From the NCBI RefSeq assembly GCF_009914755.1, contig NC_060925.1: a DNA stretch of 64,000 nt; one strand, 5' to 3'. Shown here piece by piece: positions 1 to 13,611 of the stretch (its first letter is position 1; every line of letters starts with the position of its first letter). This DNA comes from the human T2T-CHM13v2.0 reference genome, Homo sapiens. The notes under the pieces were generated by a model, which had not been told where the DNA came from, searched no databases, and saw nothing but the letters and a program-made list of their open reading frames with translations. The position numbers and the translations under genes are program-made.

Positions 1-21
1 TTACTGACACACAGAATTATT

Positions 22-311
<290 letters not shown>

Positions 312-354
312 CTCCACAGAATTATTATTATTATTTTTTTGTCATGTCAAAGTT

Positions 355-355
<1 letters not shown>

Positions 356-387
<32 letters not shown>

Positions 388-1986
388 TATTTATTGATCA
401 TTCTTGGGTGTTTCTCAGAGAGGGGGATTTGGCAGGGTCATAGGACAATAGTGGAGGGAAGGTCAGCAGATAAACATGTGAACAAGGGTCTCTGGTTTTC
501 CTAGGCAGAGGACCCTGCGGCCTTCTGCACTGTTTGTGTCCCTGGGTACTTGAGATTAGGGAGCGGTGATGACTCTTAACGAGCATGCTGCCTTCAAGCA
601 TCTGTTTAACAAAGCACATCTTGCACCGCCCTTAATCCATTTAACCCTGAGTGGACACAGCACATGTTTCAGAGAGCACGGGGTTGGGGGTAAGGTTATA
701 GATTAACAGCATCCCAAGGCAGAAGAATTTTTCTTAGTACAGAACAAAATGGAGTATCCTATGTCTACTTCTTTCTACACAGACACAGTAACAATCTGAT
801 TTCTCTTTCTTTTCCCCACATTTCCCCCTTTTCTATTCGACAAAACCACCACCATCATCATGGCCTGTTCTCAATGAGCTGTTGGGTACACCTCCCAGAC
901 GGGGTGGCGGCCAGGCAGAGGGGCTCCTCACTTCCCAGACGGGGTGGCTGGGCAGAGGCGCCCCCCCACCTCCCAGACGGGGGGCTGGCCGGGCGGGGGC
1001 TGCCCCCCACCTCCCTCCCGGACGGGGCGGCTGGCCAGGCGGGGGCTGTCCCCCACGTCCCTCCCGGATGGGGCGGCTGGCCGGGCGGGGGCTGCCCCCC
1101 ACCTCCTGGATGGGGCGGCTGCTGGGTGGAGACGCTCCTCACTTCCCAGGTGGGGCGGCTGCCGGGCGGAGGGGCTCCTCACTTCTCAGACGGGGCGGCC
1201 GGGCAGAGACACTCCTCACCTCCCAGACGGGGTGGCGGTCGGGCAGAGACGCTCCTCAGTTCCCAGACGGGGGTCACGGCCAGGCAGAGGCACTCCTCAC
1301 ATCCCAGAAAGGGCGGCGGGGCAGAGGCGCTCCCCACATCTCAGACGATGGGCAGCCGGGCAGAGACGCTCCTCACTTCCTAGACGGGATGGCGGCCGGG
1401 AAGAGGCGCTCCTCACTTCCCAGACTGGGCGGCCGGGCAGAGGGGCTCCTCACATCCCAGACGATGGACGGCCAGGCAGAGACGCTCCTCACTTCCCAGA
1501 TGGGGAGGCGGCCGGGCAGAGGCTGCAATCTCGGCACTTTGGTAGGCCAAGGCAGGCAGCTGGTAGGTGGAGGTTGTAGCGAACTGAGATCACGCCACTG
1601 CACTCCAGCCTGGGCAACATTGAGCACTGAGTGAGCGAGACTCCGTCTGCAATCCCGGCACCTCGGGAGGCCGAGGCGGGCAGATCACTCGCAGTCAGGA
1701 GCTGGAGACCAGCCCGGCCAACACGGCGAAACTCCGACTCCACCAAAAAATACAAAAACCAGTCAGGCATGGCGGCGCGCGCCTGCAATCCCAGGCACTC
1801 GGCAGGCTGAGGCAGGAGAATCAGTCAGGGAGGTTGCAGTGAGCCGAGATGGCGGCAGTACAGTCCAGCCTCGGCTCGGCATCAGAGGGAGACCGTGGAG
1901 AGAGAGGGAGAGGGAGAGGGAGACCGGGGAGAGGGAGACCGGGGAGAGGGAGACCAGGGAGAGGAAGACCGGGGAGAGGGAGAGGG
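356..1986 (-). mobile_element. Essentially full-length SVA retrotransposon (older SVA_B/C-like, subfamily uncertain) in A3GALT2 intron 4
   Basis: Poly(T) 356-385; SINE-R end AGTATTTATTGATCATTCTTGGG from 386; GC-rich VNTR ~890-1520; Alu-like domain ~1520-1885; (AGAGGG)n = (CCCTCT)n hexamer ~1885-1986; flanking GAATTATT at 319-326 and 1987-1994. Confidence 0.95.
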
Positions 1987-3656
1987 GAATTATTTTATGA
2001 GCTATAATAATAAGTTGTTTTAAGTCACTGTCTTTCACTATATAGATAACGAGGCTGCCTGGAATACTGTATGAACAGACCTTGGGATCCTAGGACTTTA
2101 AAATAGTAGTAACAGTGCCTAATAATACTTTGAACTTTTATCATGTGGCAGCCACTGCTTTCTATGTCAATGTGCATTGTCTCATCTAAAGAGCGTTAGA
2201 AACTTGTATGTACCATTGGTAAGTGGTTGAGCCAGGATTTGAACCCAGCTTGGCCTTAGAGCCTGTACCTTTACTTGCACTTGCTCTATTCCTGGTGACT
2301 GTGGGAAATGGGAATCAGAGACCTAGGAAATCTCAGCATTTCGTGGTGTTGGACTCAGAATCTTGGAACTCAGGACCTCAGTATCCCAGAATTTTCTGTA
2401 CATTGAGTGTCTGACCCTAGGGCTGGGGCAGGAACGCCCTACTCCGCATGTGTGATGGAAGTGGGAGCACCGAGGCCTTGGGAGAGACGAAGGCCCAAGT
2501 AGCCCAGCAGTTCTGCCCGCCTGGTCCACGGGGCAGCCCTTGGTCCTTTTCATCCCCTTGCCTGTCAGTGGCACTCCTGGCTTTCCCTCCCTTGTAGGGT
2601 GTGGGGGACAGAGTTCGAGGAGCCTTGAACAGTTGTCTGGGGTATCTGGTAACAAAATTCCTTCCCCATCCTTCCTGAATGGGAGGCTCTCACCACCTTC
2701 CCAAAGCAACTAGTTCCACTTTTAGAAATGCCTCTTTTAGTTGCCCGAAACTAGGTTATAGGATCTGACTGCCACTGTCAGCCAAGAGTCCCCTTCGTGT
2801 CACTTCAGGAAGGTCGACACCCAGTTTAGACACTCCCTGTCATCCATAGTGGGGAGGTCAGCACCCCGCTGCCATTTCTTCTCTTGACCTCCTTTCCTGT
2901 AGTGATTTTCCCGTGCCCTCCACGGTCACCTGTTCCCTTCACAGTTACCTGTTCCCATGGCTACTCCCTCAACTTGATCTTCATCAGTGTCTGTCCCACT
3001 CTGTAAGGACCTCGTTCTTCTAGCTCACTTACTGTGATTACCACCCCCAACCCAAAACAGTCCTACCTCACTGAATCCTCTAATCTGGTGACCTTGCCAC
3101 TTCAGTATTTGTCACCCCCTTCCTCTCTTCACTTCCCTCTGCCCAGTTCAGATTCACTCCCTTGCAATCCTTCAGCTCCCCAGCCCCTCTCCCTTCATCA
3201 GACTTGCTTGGCACCTGCCCCCACAATCCTATGTACCTGCACCTGAGCTGCTGACCTCCAATGGGCACCGAATGCAGTGAATCATCCCTCTACTTACCCA
3301 GTCACACTCCCCTCCTCTCACCACTCTCACCTGAAAGACTCCATCATTTTCTCACTACAAAACCAGTGCCTCCAGATGGATGAGTCCCAGCCCCTAGGCA
3401 GGTCCCTTCCAGATGTGGTTCTAGAACAGCCCTGGCTGCCTGTGTTGGGCGGGCTCTATGGTGTTGGTGTCCAGGGAGGAGGAGAAGGATGGTCCTGTGC
3501 TCATCTGGGGGTGTGGGGCAAGAAGTGTTGTCTTTGCTTCTCGCTTCACTTTGGGATCCCATGGCACAGGGGAGCAGGGTGCCCCGCCTCCTTCATCACA
3601 TGCACACCCCTCCCACTCACAGCTTTGACAGCACTGCTCCCCTTCCCAGGCCTTAC

Positions 3657-3794
3657 CTGCCTACAGCAAAGATAGTCAGCCCAATGGTGAGGTTCTGCTG
3701 TCTAGCCTCTTGCTTGGCCACATCTGGGTCGAAAGAGCCATCCCAAATAATGGGAGCCCCCCAGGGGGTACAGGTCAGAACTTCAGGCCGGGCC
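3657..3794 (-). CDS. A3GALT2: A3GALT2 exon 4 (138 nt; (W)[45 protein letters not shown](R))
   Basis: AG/GT boundaries; translation carries the GT6 (ABO/GGTA1/iGb3S) family motif TPWxAPIIWxG...IGLTxFAVGR; phase 2-2. Confidence 0.93.
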
Positions 3795-4105
3795 CTGGCC
3801 AGGGCAGGGATGGGAAATGGAAATAGCTCCATTCATCCACCCACTTGGTGCATGTTCACTGCCACCTCCCCAGTGCTGAGCCCTAGGGACCCATAGACCG
3901 ATGAGACCTAGTTGCTGCCCCTGGAAGCCTCCAGCTCAGAGCAACACAGAGGACTGGGAGATGTGTGGCCCGATGGGGCTGCTGGACTTGGTGGCAGAGT
4001 GCCTGGCTCTGCTGGGGTGGGAGATGTGTGGAGGGCAGGGACATGGGGCAGAGCTGTGTAGGGTTTGGGGGTGCCCTTGGAGTAGGAGGGATGGGAGCTT
4101 CTTAC

Positions 4106-4195
4106 CAGGGACGCAGGGCACCTGTGAAGTTGTCTCTCAGCTGGGACATTGTGGCCGAAGGGCAGACGCCCATGGGGATGAGGGCTTCCAGATGC
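4106..4195 (-). CDS. A3GALT2: A3GALT2 exon 3 (90 nt; stem region HLEALIPMGVCPSATMSQLRDNFTGALRP)
   Basis: cacAG acceptor and GTAAG donor; in frame with exons 2 and 4; contained in ORF 4102..4338. Confidence 0.9.
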
Positions 4196-4411
4196 CTGTG
4201 GTGGGTTGAGGGGCGGGGGGCAGGCAGCCGTGAGAAGCATGTCAGCCTGGCCAGGAGCCCTCTGGCTTTGCTTCTTACAAGGAGAGAGAGCTCACAAGGA
4301 CACTTGAGCTGAGTTAGCCACTGCCCTCCATCCCTCAAGGAGGCACTTAGACAGATCCCCTTTAAACCTGACTGTGGTCCTACCTCAAGTGCTGGGGAAA
4401 GGGGCTTTTAC

Positions 4412-4495
4412 CTGAATTTAGGGAGGCCATACAGAAACAGGCCTAAGAGGCCAAGTGTAAGTAGGATCTGCCGCCAGAAGATTCTCTTCCAGGCC
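4412..4495 (-). CDS. A3GALT2: A3GALT2 exon 2 (84 nt; AWKRIFWRQILLTLGLLGLFLYGLPKF, type II membrane anchor)
   Basis: cccAG/GTAAA boundaries; basic residues followed by a hydrophobic segment, typical of a Golgi glycosyltransferase. Confidence 0.9.
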
Positions 4496-4782
4496 CTGGG
4501 GGCGGGAGGGGGGCATCAGTAACTCATTTATATGTATAGACACAAATATTTATATGCACACATACATGAAAAGTCTTTCTTACTTCCAGCCAGCTGGTTC
4601 TTCTGCATGAAGGTAGCCAGTGTTACCAGTTTCTTGTGCAGGGGCATGACCTTGGGCAGGTTGCGGGGATGATAACGTTAGGGGTTGAGGTACTTACTTA
4701 TCCTGGGTGGAAGGTGGGACTGACCTTGGACAGGAGAGGCCAGGAGAGGATGCACAAGTGTTTGTGGCTCAGTGACTGGGAG

Positions 4783-5037
<255 letters not shown>

Positions 5038-5663
5038 GGAGTTAAAAGCTGTCTGGGACTTAGAGAAGAGTTACTGGGCTGGCTGTGGTCAGAGACCAGG
5101 TGTCTGTGGTGGCTCCAGTCACCAGGCCAGGTGAACTCCTCCAAGCAGAGCTCAGCAGCCCAATTCTTGGCTCAGAAGAGGTGGGCTTTGGGATTTGTCC
5201 ACACTTCGTTTTCCAGGAAGGGCTCCAAATGCTGAGAATCTTAATAAGCTCCTTCTGGGGAGCTTGTTCCACTGTCACCCCACCTTCCTGAGTACTCACG
5301 TATCTAGAGCAACTGGAGCCACGTGGTAAGGAGCACAGACACGGGGGCCAGAGCCCTGGGTTCGAATCCCAGCTCCACCACTCATTAGCTCTCTGACCCT
5401 GGGGCAAGGTCTGGTCCTCTGCACATCAGTCTCATCTATAGGATGGGGTAATAAGAACTCCTGCCTTAGGGCTGTCATTGCCTTCACACAAGCTAAGCGT
5501 TGAGAACAAGGCCTCTCATGTTGCAATAGTTCACTCAGCTTTATCTAGTGATGACCATTCTTCCTGAACACACCCTGATCGTCACCTGGGCAGCCTCCTC
5601 ACTCCACTCCCTGCCCCTACAAATCCATCCATCCATCCATCCTTCTTTCCTTCCTTCCTTCCT

Positions 5664-5970
5664 CTTTTTTTTTTTTTTTTTTTTTTTTGAGATGGAGTCT
5701 CGCTCTGTAGCCCAGGCTAGCGTGCAATGGCACAGTCTCAGCTCACTGCAACCTCTGCCTCCTGGGTTCAAGTGATTCTCGTGACTCAGCCTCCCGAATA
5801 GCTGGGATTACGAGTGCCCACCACCTTGCCCAGCTAATTTTTGTATTTTTAGTAGAGACGGGGTTTCGCCATGTTGGCCAGGCTGGTCTCAAACTCCTGA
5901 CCTCCGGTGATCCACCCACCTCGGCCTCCCAAAGTGCTAGGATTACAGGCGTGAGCCACCGTGTCCGGCC
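5664..5970 (-). mobile_element. AluS element with (ATCC)n/(TTCC)n microsatellite at its tail
   Basis: Full Alu dimer; TSD TACAAATCC at 5618-5626 and 5971-5979; simple repeat ~5623-5663. Confidence 0.9.
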
Positions 5971-6574
5971 TACAAATCCTTTCAAAACCTGGCTCCCCTG
6001 GTCTCTTTCAAGAAGGCCGCCAGCTTCAGACCCTCCTGCCCCTGCCTCTCCTGCTGCCCCACGTCGCTGTTCCTCAGCAGGTGTGTCTAGTAAAGAGTGC
6101 TGCGAACTGCCTTGCAGGTGTGTGGATCCACCTGGGCACTGTCTCTGAGCACAGCCCCTCCTCCAGTTCACTGCGCCAAGCCAGAAACCTGGGTGCACCC
6201 TGACCCCTCCTGCTCTGCACCTGCTGTCTGCTTTCAGTCCCGGGTTGACCTGGTCTCCTTGATCTCTGCTCCCCCTGCTCTTCCCCGTGCCCCACAGTGA
6301 CCCTCGCCTGCTCCTCCGTCACGGGATCATTGCAGCAGCACTCTTCATGCTCCTGGTCACTTCCTCCACAACCCCAGAGTCATCTCATAACAAGTCAGCC
6401 TGCCTTAACAGTTTCCATGTCACACAAACAGGTAAATCCTCAAAGAAGAAGTGCATTTAGTAGGCAAATATATGGAAAAATGTTCACCCTCACTGGCAAT
6501 CAAAGATATACAAATTAGAACAAGGTGGTATGTTTTGCCTATAAAATGAGCACTTTTTAAAAAAAAACATAATA

Positions 6575-7167
<593 letters not shown>

Positions 7168-7409
7168 AGGCATAATGAGAATAGCCAAGCTGCAAGAATG
7201 CAGTGAGATTGGTGCTCTTACACTTGCTGGTGGGAGTGTAAATTGCTACAGCCATTTGGAAAGCTACTTAGCTATGGGAATTGAAAGTGTTCAATATTCA
7301 TCCACTTTGATTCAATAATTCCAAGCTTCTGGGAATCTGTTCAAAGGAGATAATCTTCAGAATGAGAAAAGTTTATGCATCAAGATGTTCATCAGTTTCT
7401 GTTAAGTCG

Positions 7410-8400
7410 TGCATTCAACGTATATTTATTGGACACAAGCTCAGCGTCAAGCACTGTGCTAAGTCAGGGATTCAGAGGTGAATGAGACACAGACCCTGTC
7501 TTCAGGGTGCGGAGTCAGGAAGATGTGGGTGTAGTTGGGCGGGGGGGCAGTGGTGAGGGTATGGGTCACATGACACACTGAAAACAGATGTGTGGAACAC
7601 GGCACAATGAATGCTGTGATTGGGAACAGTATCAGATGCTATGAGGCAAATTGGAGAGTAGCACCTGAGCCTTCGTAGATGAGGAGGTAGTTGGGGCCTC
7701 CTGGAGGAGGAGTTGACTTCTAAGGTAGGACCTAAAAAATTATTAATAGAAGTTCTTCAGGTGAAGAAGGCATGGAGGGGGAAGAGAGGTCCATGGAAAA
7801 GAAACAACAGTATGCAAAAGTGAGGAAGCCTCACTCCTGGAATGTCTGTGGAACTGCAGGGTGGAGTGTAGTAGCAGATGAGGAGGGAGGGATGAGGCTG
7901 CAGAGGTGAGCCGGGGCCAGGTCACCCAGGGCCCGCATGTCAGGCTCGGGGAATTGGACTTCATCTTGAGGGTCATGGGGAGCCCTGAAAGGTATTTCCT
8001 CTGGGGAGTGACTCAGTCAGATTTTTATTTGAAAAAACAAAACAAAACAAAACAAAAAACCCAAAAACCAACAAACAAAAAAACCCTCCACAAACCTGAA
8101 AGTACTCCAGCTGAAATCTGGAGCCTGGCCATGGTGGGGTGGCAGGGAGGGCACTGCTGGAGGCAGGAAGATGAGTTAGGTGCCAGCCCCTGGGAGGTAT
8201 CAGGGGCAACACCAGGGAGTTGGCAGCTGGATGGGGAGGAATAGGTGGTGAGGGGCTGTCAGGGAGGGCACATGGGCAAGACTTGGCCATGGATTTGAGG
8301 GACGGGGCTGAGGTACCAGAAAGGAGAAGATGCCTGGTTGTCTGGTTGGAGGAAGGGGGCTGGAGCCCAGAAGGCAGGCAGGCTCAGGAGAAAGTTCTGG
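7410..8400 (-). mobile_element. LINE-2 relic (approximate limits)
   Basis: CATTCAAC-TATTTATT...CACTGTGCTAAG...ACAGACCCTGTC pattern of an L2 3' end followed by purine-rich L2-like body. Confidence 0.55.
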
Positions 8401-9332
8401 GATTTGCCAGGAGGGCAGGGATGTTATGGGAGAGAGGGAGAGAGTACAGAGGGAGAGGAGGCCAGGGCCCAGGCCTAGACCAGGTGGGAATGGGAGGGAG
8501 ACTGAGGAGGTAGAGGACTTAAGGAGAGGCACATGGGTTGGGTGGGAGTGGGGCTGTCTTTCCAGAAGTCGGGCTGTAAGGAGGACAGAGATGGGGTGGC
8601 AACTGGAGGGGACAGGGTGGTTGTATTGATGGGTGTGTGCTTGTTTCCCTTACACAAGCGAGACTTGAGCTTGGTTGAATGCTGCCTGGAAAGCACCCAC
8701 AGAGAAGGCGTTTTGGGTCACAGGGAGAGGCATTATCTCAGCTCCTCAAATATAACTGAAGAAGGCTTTAGTGTCCAGCTGAAGGGACTGGCAAATAAAC
8801 GTGTTAGGAAGACTCTGCAGTCACGTAGAAAAATGCTCATACAGGAACATGAAAGGAAAAAAGCAGGATCTAAAATTGAGGTGCACTCTGATTACAATTT
8901 AAGCAAGAATAAAAACGTGCATCAGAAAATAAGACTAAAAGGAAGAATGTGTTTGTGCAATAAAATTAGTTTCTTATTTTCTCCTCAATTTTCTGTAATG
9001 TATTTACAGTAGGTTGCTTTTTTAATGAAGGAAAAATTCAAAGTTAGCAATTTACACACAAAAAAATTGAAGTTATTTTGTGGTTTCCTGCTGAGTGCAG
9101 GACACCGTCCACATCTCTTAACCATGCCTGAGAAGCCTCCCAAGTCCAGCTCCTCCACTGTAACACTGTCAGTGCTCACAGCCCCTGGCCAGCTTGCCTG
9201 CAGCTAGGAATGGAGACTCTGCAGTGACTAGTCCCAGGATGTTCCCATAGCCTTCTCTGAAAAAGCAAACTAATGCAACAACCCCAGGGTTCATCAGTAG
9301 GGAACTGGATCAATGAATTAGGCATCTCTATA

Positions 9333-9568
9333 CAGGTTGGGTATCCTTTATCCAAAAGTTTGGACCAAAAGTGTTTTGGATTTTGGACTTTTTTGGAGTT
9401 TTGAATATTTGCATTGTATTTACTGGCTAAGTATCCCTAATCTGGAAATCTGAAATTCAAAATGCTCCAGTGGGAGCATTTCCTTTGAATGTCCTGTCAG
9501 TGCTCAAAAAATTTCGGATTCTAGAGCGTTTTGGATTTCAGATTTTTGGATGAGGGGTGCTCAACTTG
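9333..9568. mobile_element. Tigger4a/MER46A-like MITE (Tc1/mariner)
   Basis: Terminal inverted repeats CAGGTTGGGTATCC...GGTGCTCAACTTG with TA target duplications. Confidence 0.8.
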
Positions 9569-11047
9569 TATAATAGAAATCAACATGGCTATTGAAAAGG
9601 GTGAGGTAGATTTATATGTACTCTCTGGAAAACAGACCCTAATGTGTTAAGGTGAAAAGGAAGGAATAACTAATACGGAGAGGCAGACCTTGCTTCTGGC
9701 AGGGGGAAGCATCTGTGCCTGTGCACTCGAGCCTTTGCAGTCACGTATAGCCGCGTTCTTTCATGAGTGTAGGAAGAGATCTTGAATAGCATCATCCAGT
9801 GGAAGTATAGTGTGAGTCACATGTAATTTAAACATGTCTAGTAGCCACATTAAAACAGTGAAACAGGTATAAATTCGGATGTGCTGGTTTAAATAAAAAT
9901 ATTGTTACAAATAATTTAATGCCCCACATGCAGCCCATCAGCAAACCCTGGGGGTTCTCCCACTCACTCTCCTCCGTCCCCCTACTCACTCCTCCCCCAT
10001 CCTGCCATTCACTCTCCCCTTCCTGTGTTCTCAGCGATTGATCCCAGTGACCCAAGTGGGACCCCTGCTTTCTCTCCCGACAGCCAAGTTGTTGCTTTTG
10101 CCTCCTTCCTAGTGCCCAAAACTCCCCTCCTGGCCTCCCTCACTGTCCTATCTGTGCCTCCTTGTTTCTCACTTGGATTCCTATAACAGCCTCCTGACCC
10201 TGCCTCCGAGTCTCCATCTTTTACCCTTCACTATGAAGTCTCCTAGGCTTCCCCACCTCTGTATTCTGTTCTGATTGCACTCTTCCTTCCATCAGCCAAC
10301 AAGCTCCGCATCATTCCTCAGCACCCAGCTTCCTCCTGTCTGAAGCTGGCCTTGACATCTCCTCCGTTAGGTCCCTCCCCCAGGATGTGCCTCTGTCCCT
10401 TTCCCAGACCTCTCCTCCAGTACCTGCCAAGCGATGCTAGGGACTGTCTGCCTCACTCATTATGCCTCTGCCTCATAATTCATGCTATTGATAATTATTT
10501 GTTCAGCAAATGAATGAAACAACGAATGAGTTATTTGTGTTCATTCTCTCTTCCAAGTTGACTGGTACTCCTTTGCTTAAAACTCCATTTTCTTCAAGAT
10601 TAAGTCTGCACTCCTTATGCATAATCCCAGACACTGAGACGGATACCTGGCCAAGTGTATTATGTGCCTGTCCTGTTAAAGGCACACCACAGCCCCTTGA
10701 AGGAGATGCTGTGCTTATGTCTACTTTATAAATGAGGAAACTGAGGCTTAGAAAGGTTAAATCACTTGCTTAGGGTTGCAGTTGCTCAGGGGAGAAAGCA
10801 GGGGTCCATTTGGGTCACTGGGATCAATCGCTGAGAACATAGAAGGAAAGATCAAGGAAATGCAAACTGCAGCTTGAGAAGCACTGAGTTGGGACACTCA
10901 GGTGAATACTGCTGTCCAGGGGACACACAATACCTCAGGGCAGCGCTCAGCAAGGGGGCTGGGCCAGGGTCACTGTGTGAGAGAGGATGCATGGAGGCTT
11001 GGAGCAGATCTCAGTGACAGCTCACCTCTGCAAGGCTGGGCGGCCTC

Positions 11048-11446
11048 ATTGGTGTGAATCAGATGCACCACATCTTCTTTTAGGAGTAGGTTTGGTTCCC
11101 TCCCTCTTTGCTACACATATAACAAACTCAGGTGGGGCCTGGTTTTCATTTTCTTCCATAAAGGGAAAATTAAGGTCCAGAAAGTGAAAAGAACTGCCCA
11201 GAGTCCTATAGGCCAGTGGTGCACCTGCGCACGTGGCCTGCACTCCAGCAGCAGGAGAGGAGGCAGCACATGGGGCGTTCGTTCTTGCCTGGGGGCTCCC
11301 CACGGCTCACTCCCCAATCTCAGCATCCTCTCCTCCCCTGTCAGCTCAGGGTCCTGCCAGTCATTCCCTGCCTCCTGGGGCACCAGGCTTTCCAGTCCCT
11401 AGTTCTACCCCCTGGGGATCAACTAATCAGCTTGTTTCTCCTCCAA
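11048..11446 (+). repeat. ~400 bp local direct duplication, copy 1 (A3GALT2 intron 1)
   Basis: Near-identical to 13612-14004; the ORF track shows the same peptides at both positions. Confidence 0.95.
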
Positions 11447-12683
11447 TAAGTATCCGTGTTCTTTAGGTGAAAAGCCCCAACCTACTGCAGGTTTTCAGGG
11501 TGCACCTTCAGTAGGCATTTGCCATTCCTGTTTACACTTTACACCAAGGCATTTGCACGGCGGGTAATGGGTGGGGTTGGGCTTTGAGTAGGACTGCCCG
11601 ATCCCCCAGCCAGAGCTTCCAGCATGGCATTTGGGTTCCATTTGACCTGGGCCTAGCTCAGCCCTGAGGCTCATCTCACAAGGTTCTCGGCCCTGTTATT
11701 TCTCCCCGTGGGCTTGGCTTCTTCCCTTCGCACTCTATTCAGCTCCTGTCTGAGCTCCTGGAGGGCTGGCTGCAGCTGGGCTTCTCTGGTTCCTAGAAGC
11801 CTGGTCAAACCCCGTACTGGGAGCTGGCAAGGCTGCCTCGGGAGGTGCACTGTGGGAGGTGTGCGAGGTACTGCGTAAGGTACTACAGGAGCAGGAAAAG
11901 GCTGGAGGGGCTTTCTCCCCCTCTGTGGCTGTCCCACCCTCTTCACCAGCCTCCTCCCAACCAGGGTAGGGCAAACCGATGCTTATTCTGGGCTCTGGGC
12001 CTCAGCCAGGGCACACAGGCAGAGTTGGTCTTGTGAACTCCTGTGGTCAGGCCTGGGAGGGTGCTGAGACCCAGGACTGGGTGGGACCCACCAGCTCCTC
12101 CTGCCCCTCCTATGCCCCAGCCTGGGAGCCCGTGGTCTGTGGAGGCCCCTGATCAGTCCACTCCTCCACATTTCTTGTTCAGGTTCTACCTGCAGAAGGT
12201 GGTCCCTCAAGCTCCACCCTGTGCCCTGCTCCCCACTCTCGTTGGCTTCAAGAAAGGGTTAAAGATCAGCCATTAGGTCTTAAGGGGGCACAGGTTCCTA
12301 GTCCTGGACCATCAGTCCCAGTGGGGATAGAGGGAGCTCTCAGTTACAGTCGGGGAGGGAATGTACCCCCGGGTCTCTGCTTTCCGGCTCGCCAAGGGGG
12401 TTTAGAGTTAAGGGAAGCAAGGGGAGTCCAGCTTTTCATTGGCTACAAAATCTTGTGGAATACAACCTCCCCCACCCCGGTGTCCATGCACACGGATTGT
12501 CTTTCTTCTCCTGGGGCAATGTCCCCTCTCGGAGCCACCTTTCCCCAGGACTGGAGGCTCAGCTGGTACTCCTGGGCTCACTCTGGTGCCTCCCCTTGGT
12601 ACTGTTTTAGCCATCAGACTGGATCCCTCTTAGCTCAGCTGTCCCCAAGCTTTCTTCCTCTCCATACCATTGTCCCCCCTCAC

Positions 12684-12706
12684 CTGAGTCCCTCCTTGAG
12701 AGCCAT
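12684..12706 (-). CDS. A3GALT2: A3GALT2 exon 1 coding part (ATG GCT CTC AAG GAG GGA CTC AG; MALKEGLR)
   Basis: ATG at 12706 and donor AG|GTGAGG; phase 2 matches exon 2; matches the recalled N-terminus of human A3GALT2. Confidence 0.85.
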
Positions 12707-13611
12707 ATGGGGAAGCAGGTAGGATGGCCTGGAGCAAACTTTCCCAGCTTAGAGCTGGGGAAGAAATGGCCTGCTCCTGGAGATCTGGAACAAGCAGCTC
12801 CTCCCCCTTTACCTGAGGAGCTGCACCCACAGGAGCAGTCAGGATGGACTGCCTGCGAGGGACCTGCCGGGGATGCAACCTTTTGGGGGAAGCTGGCCCC
12901 AAGGTGGAGTGGGGCTGGCAACCCTTTTGGGGCCAATCACCTGGAAGAGGGTGGGTCTGAGTAGGCCAGTTCTGGTTGGCTGGAGGCTCTGTCATTTTGT
13001 ACAGACTCCTCTTCCCTCCCCAGGGGAAGTGTCTTTGGTTCTTGGGAACAGCTGGCAATCAAGGTATGGTGTTTGCCACGCAGGAAAAGCCGTTCTGCAC
13101 AGAGCCTCAGCCAGATCTGAAGGGCACTCGGCACCTGTGACCTTGGACAGTTCACCTAGTGGAGCCCTTTACCTTCTCAGTAGAATGTACACCAGTACAT
13201 ACACCAGTCACCCAGGAGAGAGAACCATGTAAATTCGTGGATGTTGAACCGTTGTGATTTACTCTGGGCAGTGCTTTTTAAAGTTCCAGTTGTGACCTAT
13301 CTGAAGGCCGTGTAATGAGTTTAGTGGGTCGTGACCAAGATTTTTAAAATACGAACAGGAATACAATGGAAAATATTCTATATTGTACGTAAGGGTAGGT
13401 TTTGTTTCATGAAATGTTTGTTTCAGTTGATAGATATTGAAATGTGTATACAAGTTTGGGAAATATTTCTTTAAATTGTGGATCATGATGGAAATAGGTC
13501 TGTGAAATTCAGTGTGAAGTGTAAACAACAGGAATAGCAAATGCCTATTGCAGGTGCACCCTGCAAACTTGCAGCAGGTTGGAGCTTTTCATCTAAAGAA
13601 GATGGATACTT

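Noticed and set aside
833-2038. Long overlapping ORFs up to 250 aa on both strands
   Set aside because: They lie entirely in the GC-rich SVA VNTR, Alu-like and hexamer domains; stop-poor repeat sequence, not genes
5623-5663. (GGAA)n-type enhancer microsatellite
   Set aside because: Only a few consecutive TTCC units; explained as Alu tail/TSD decay
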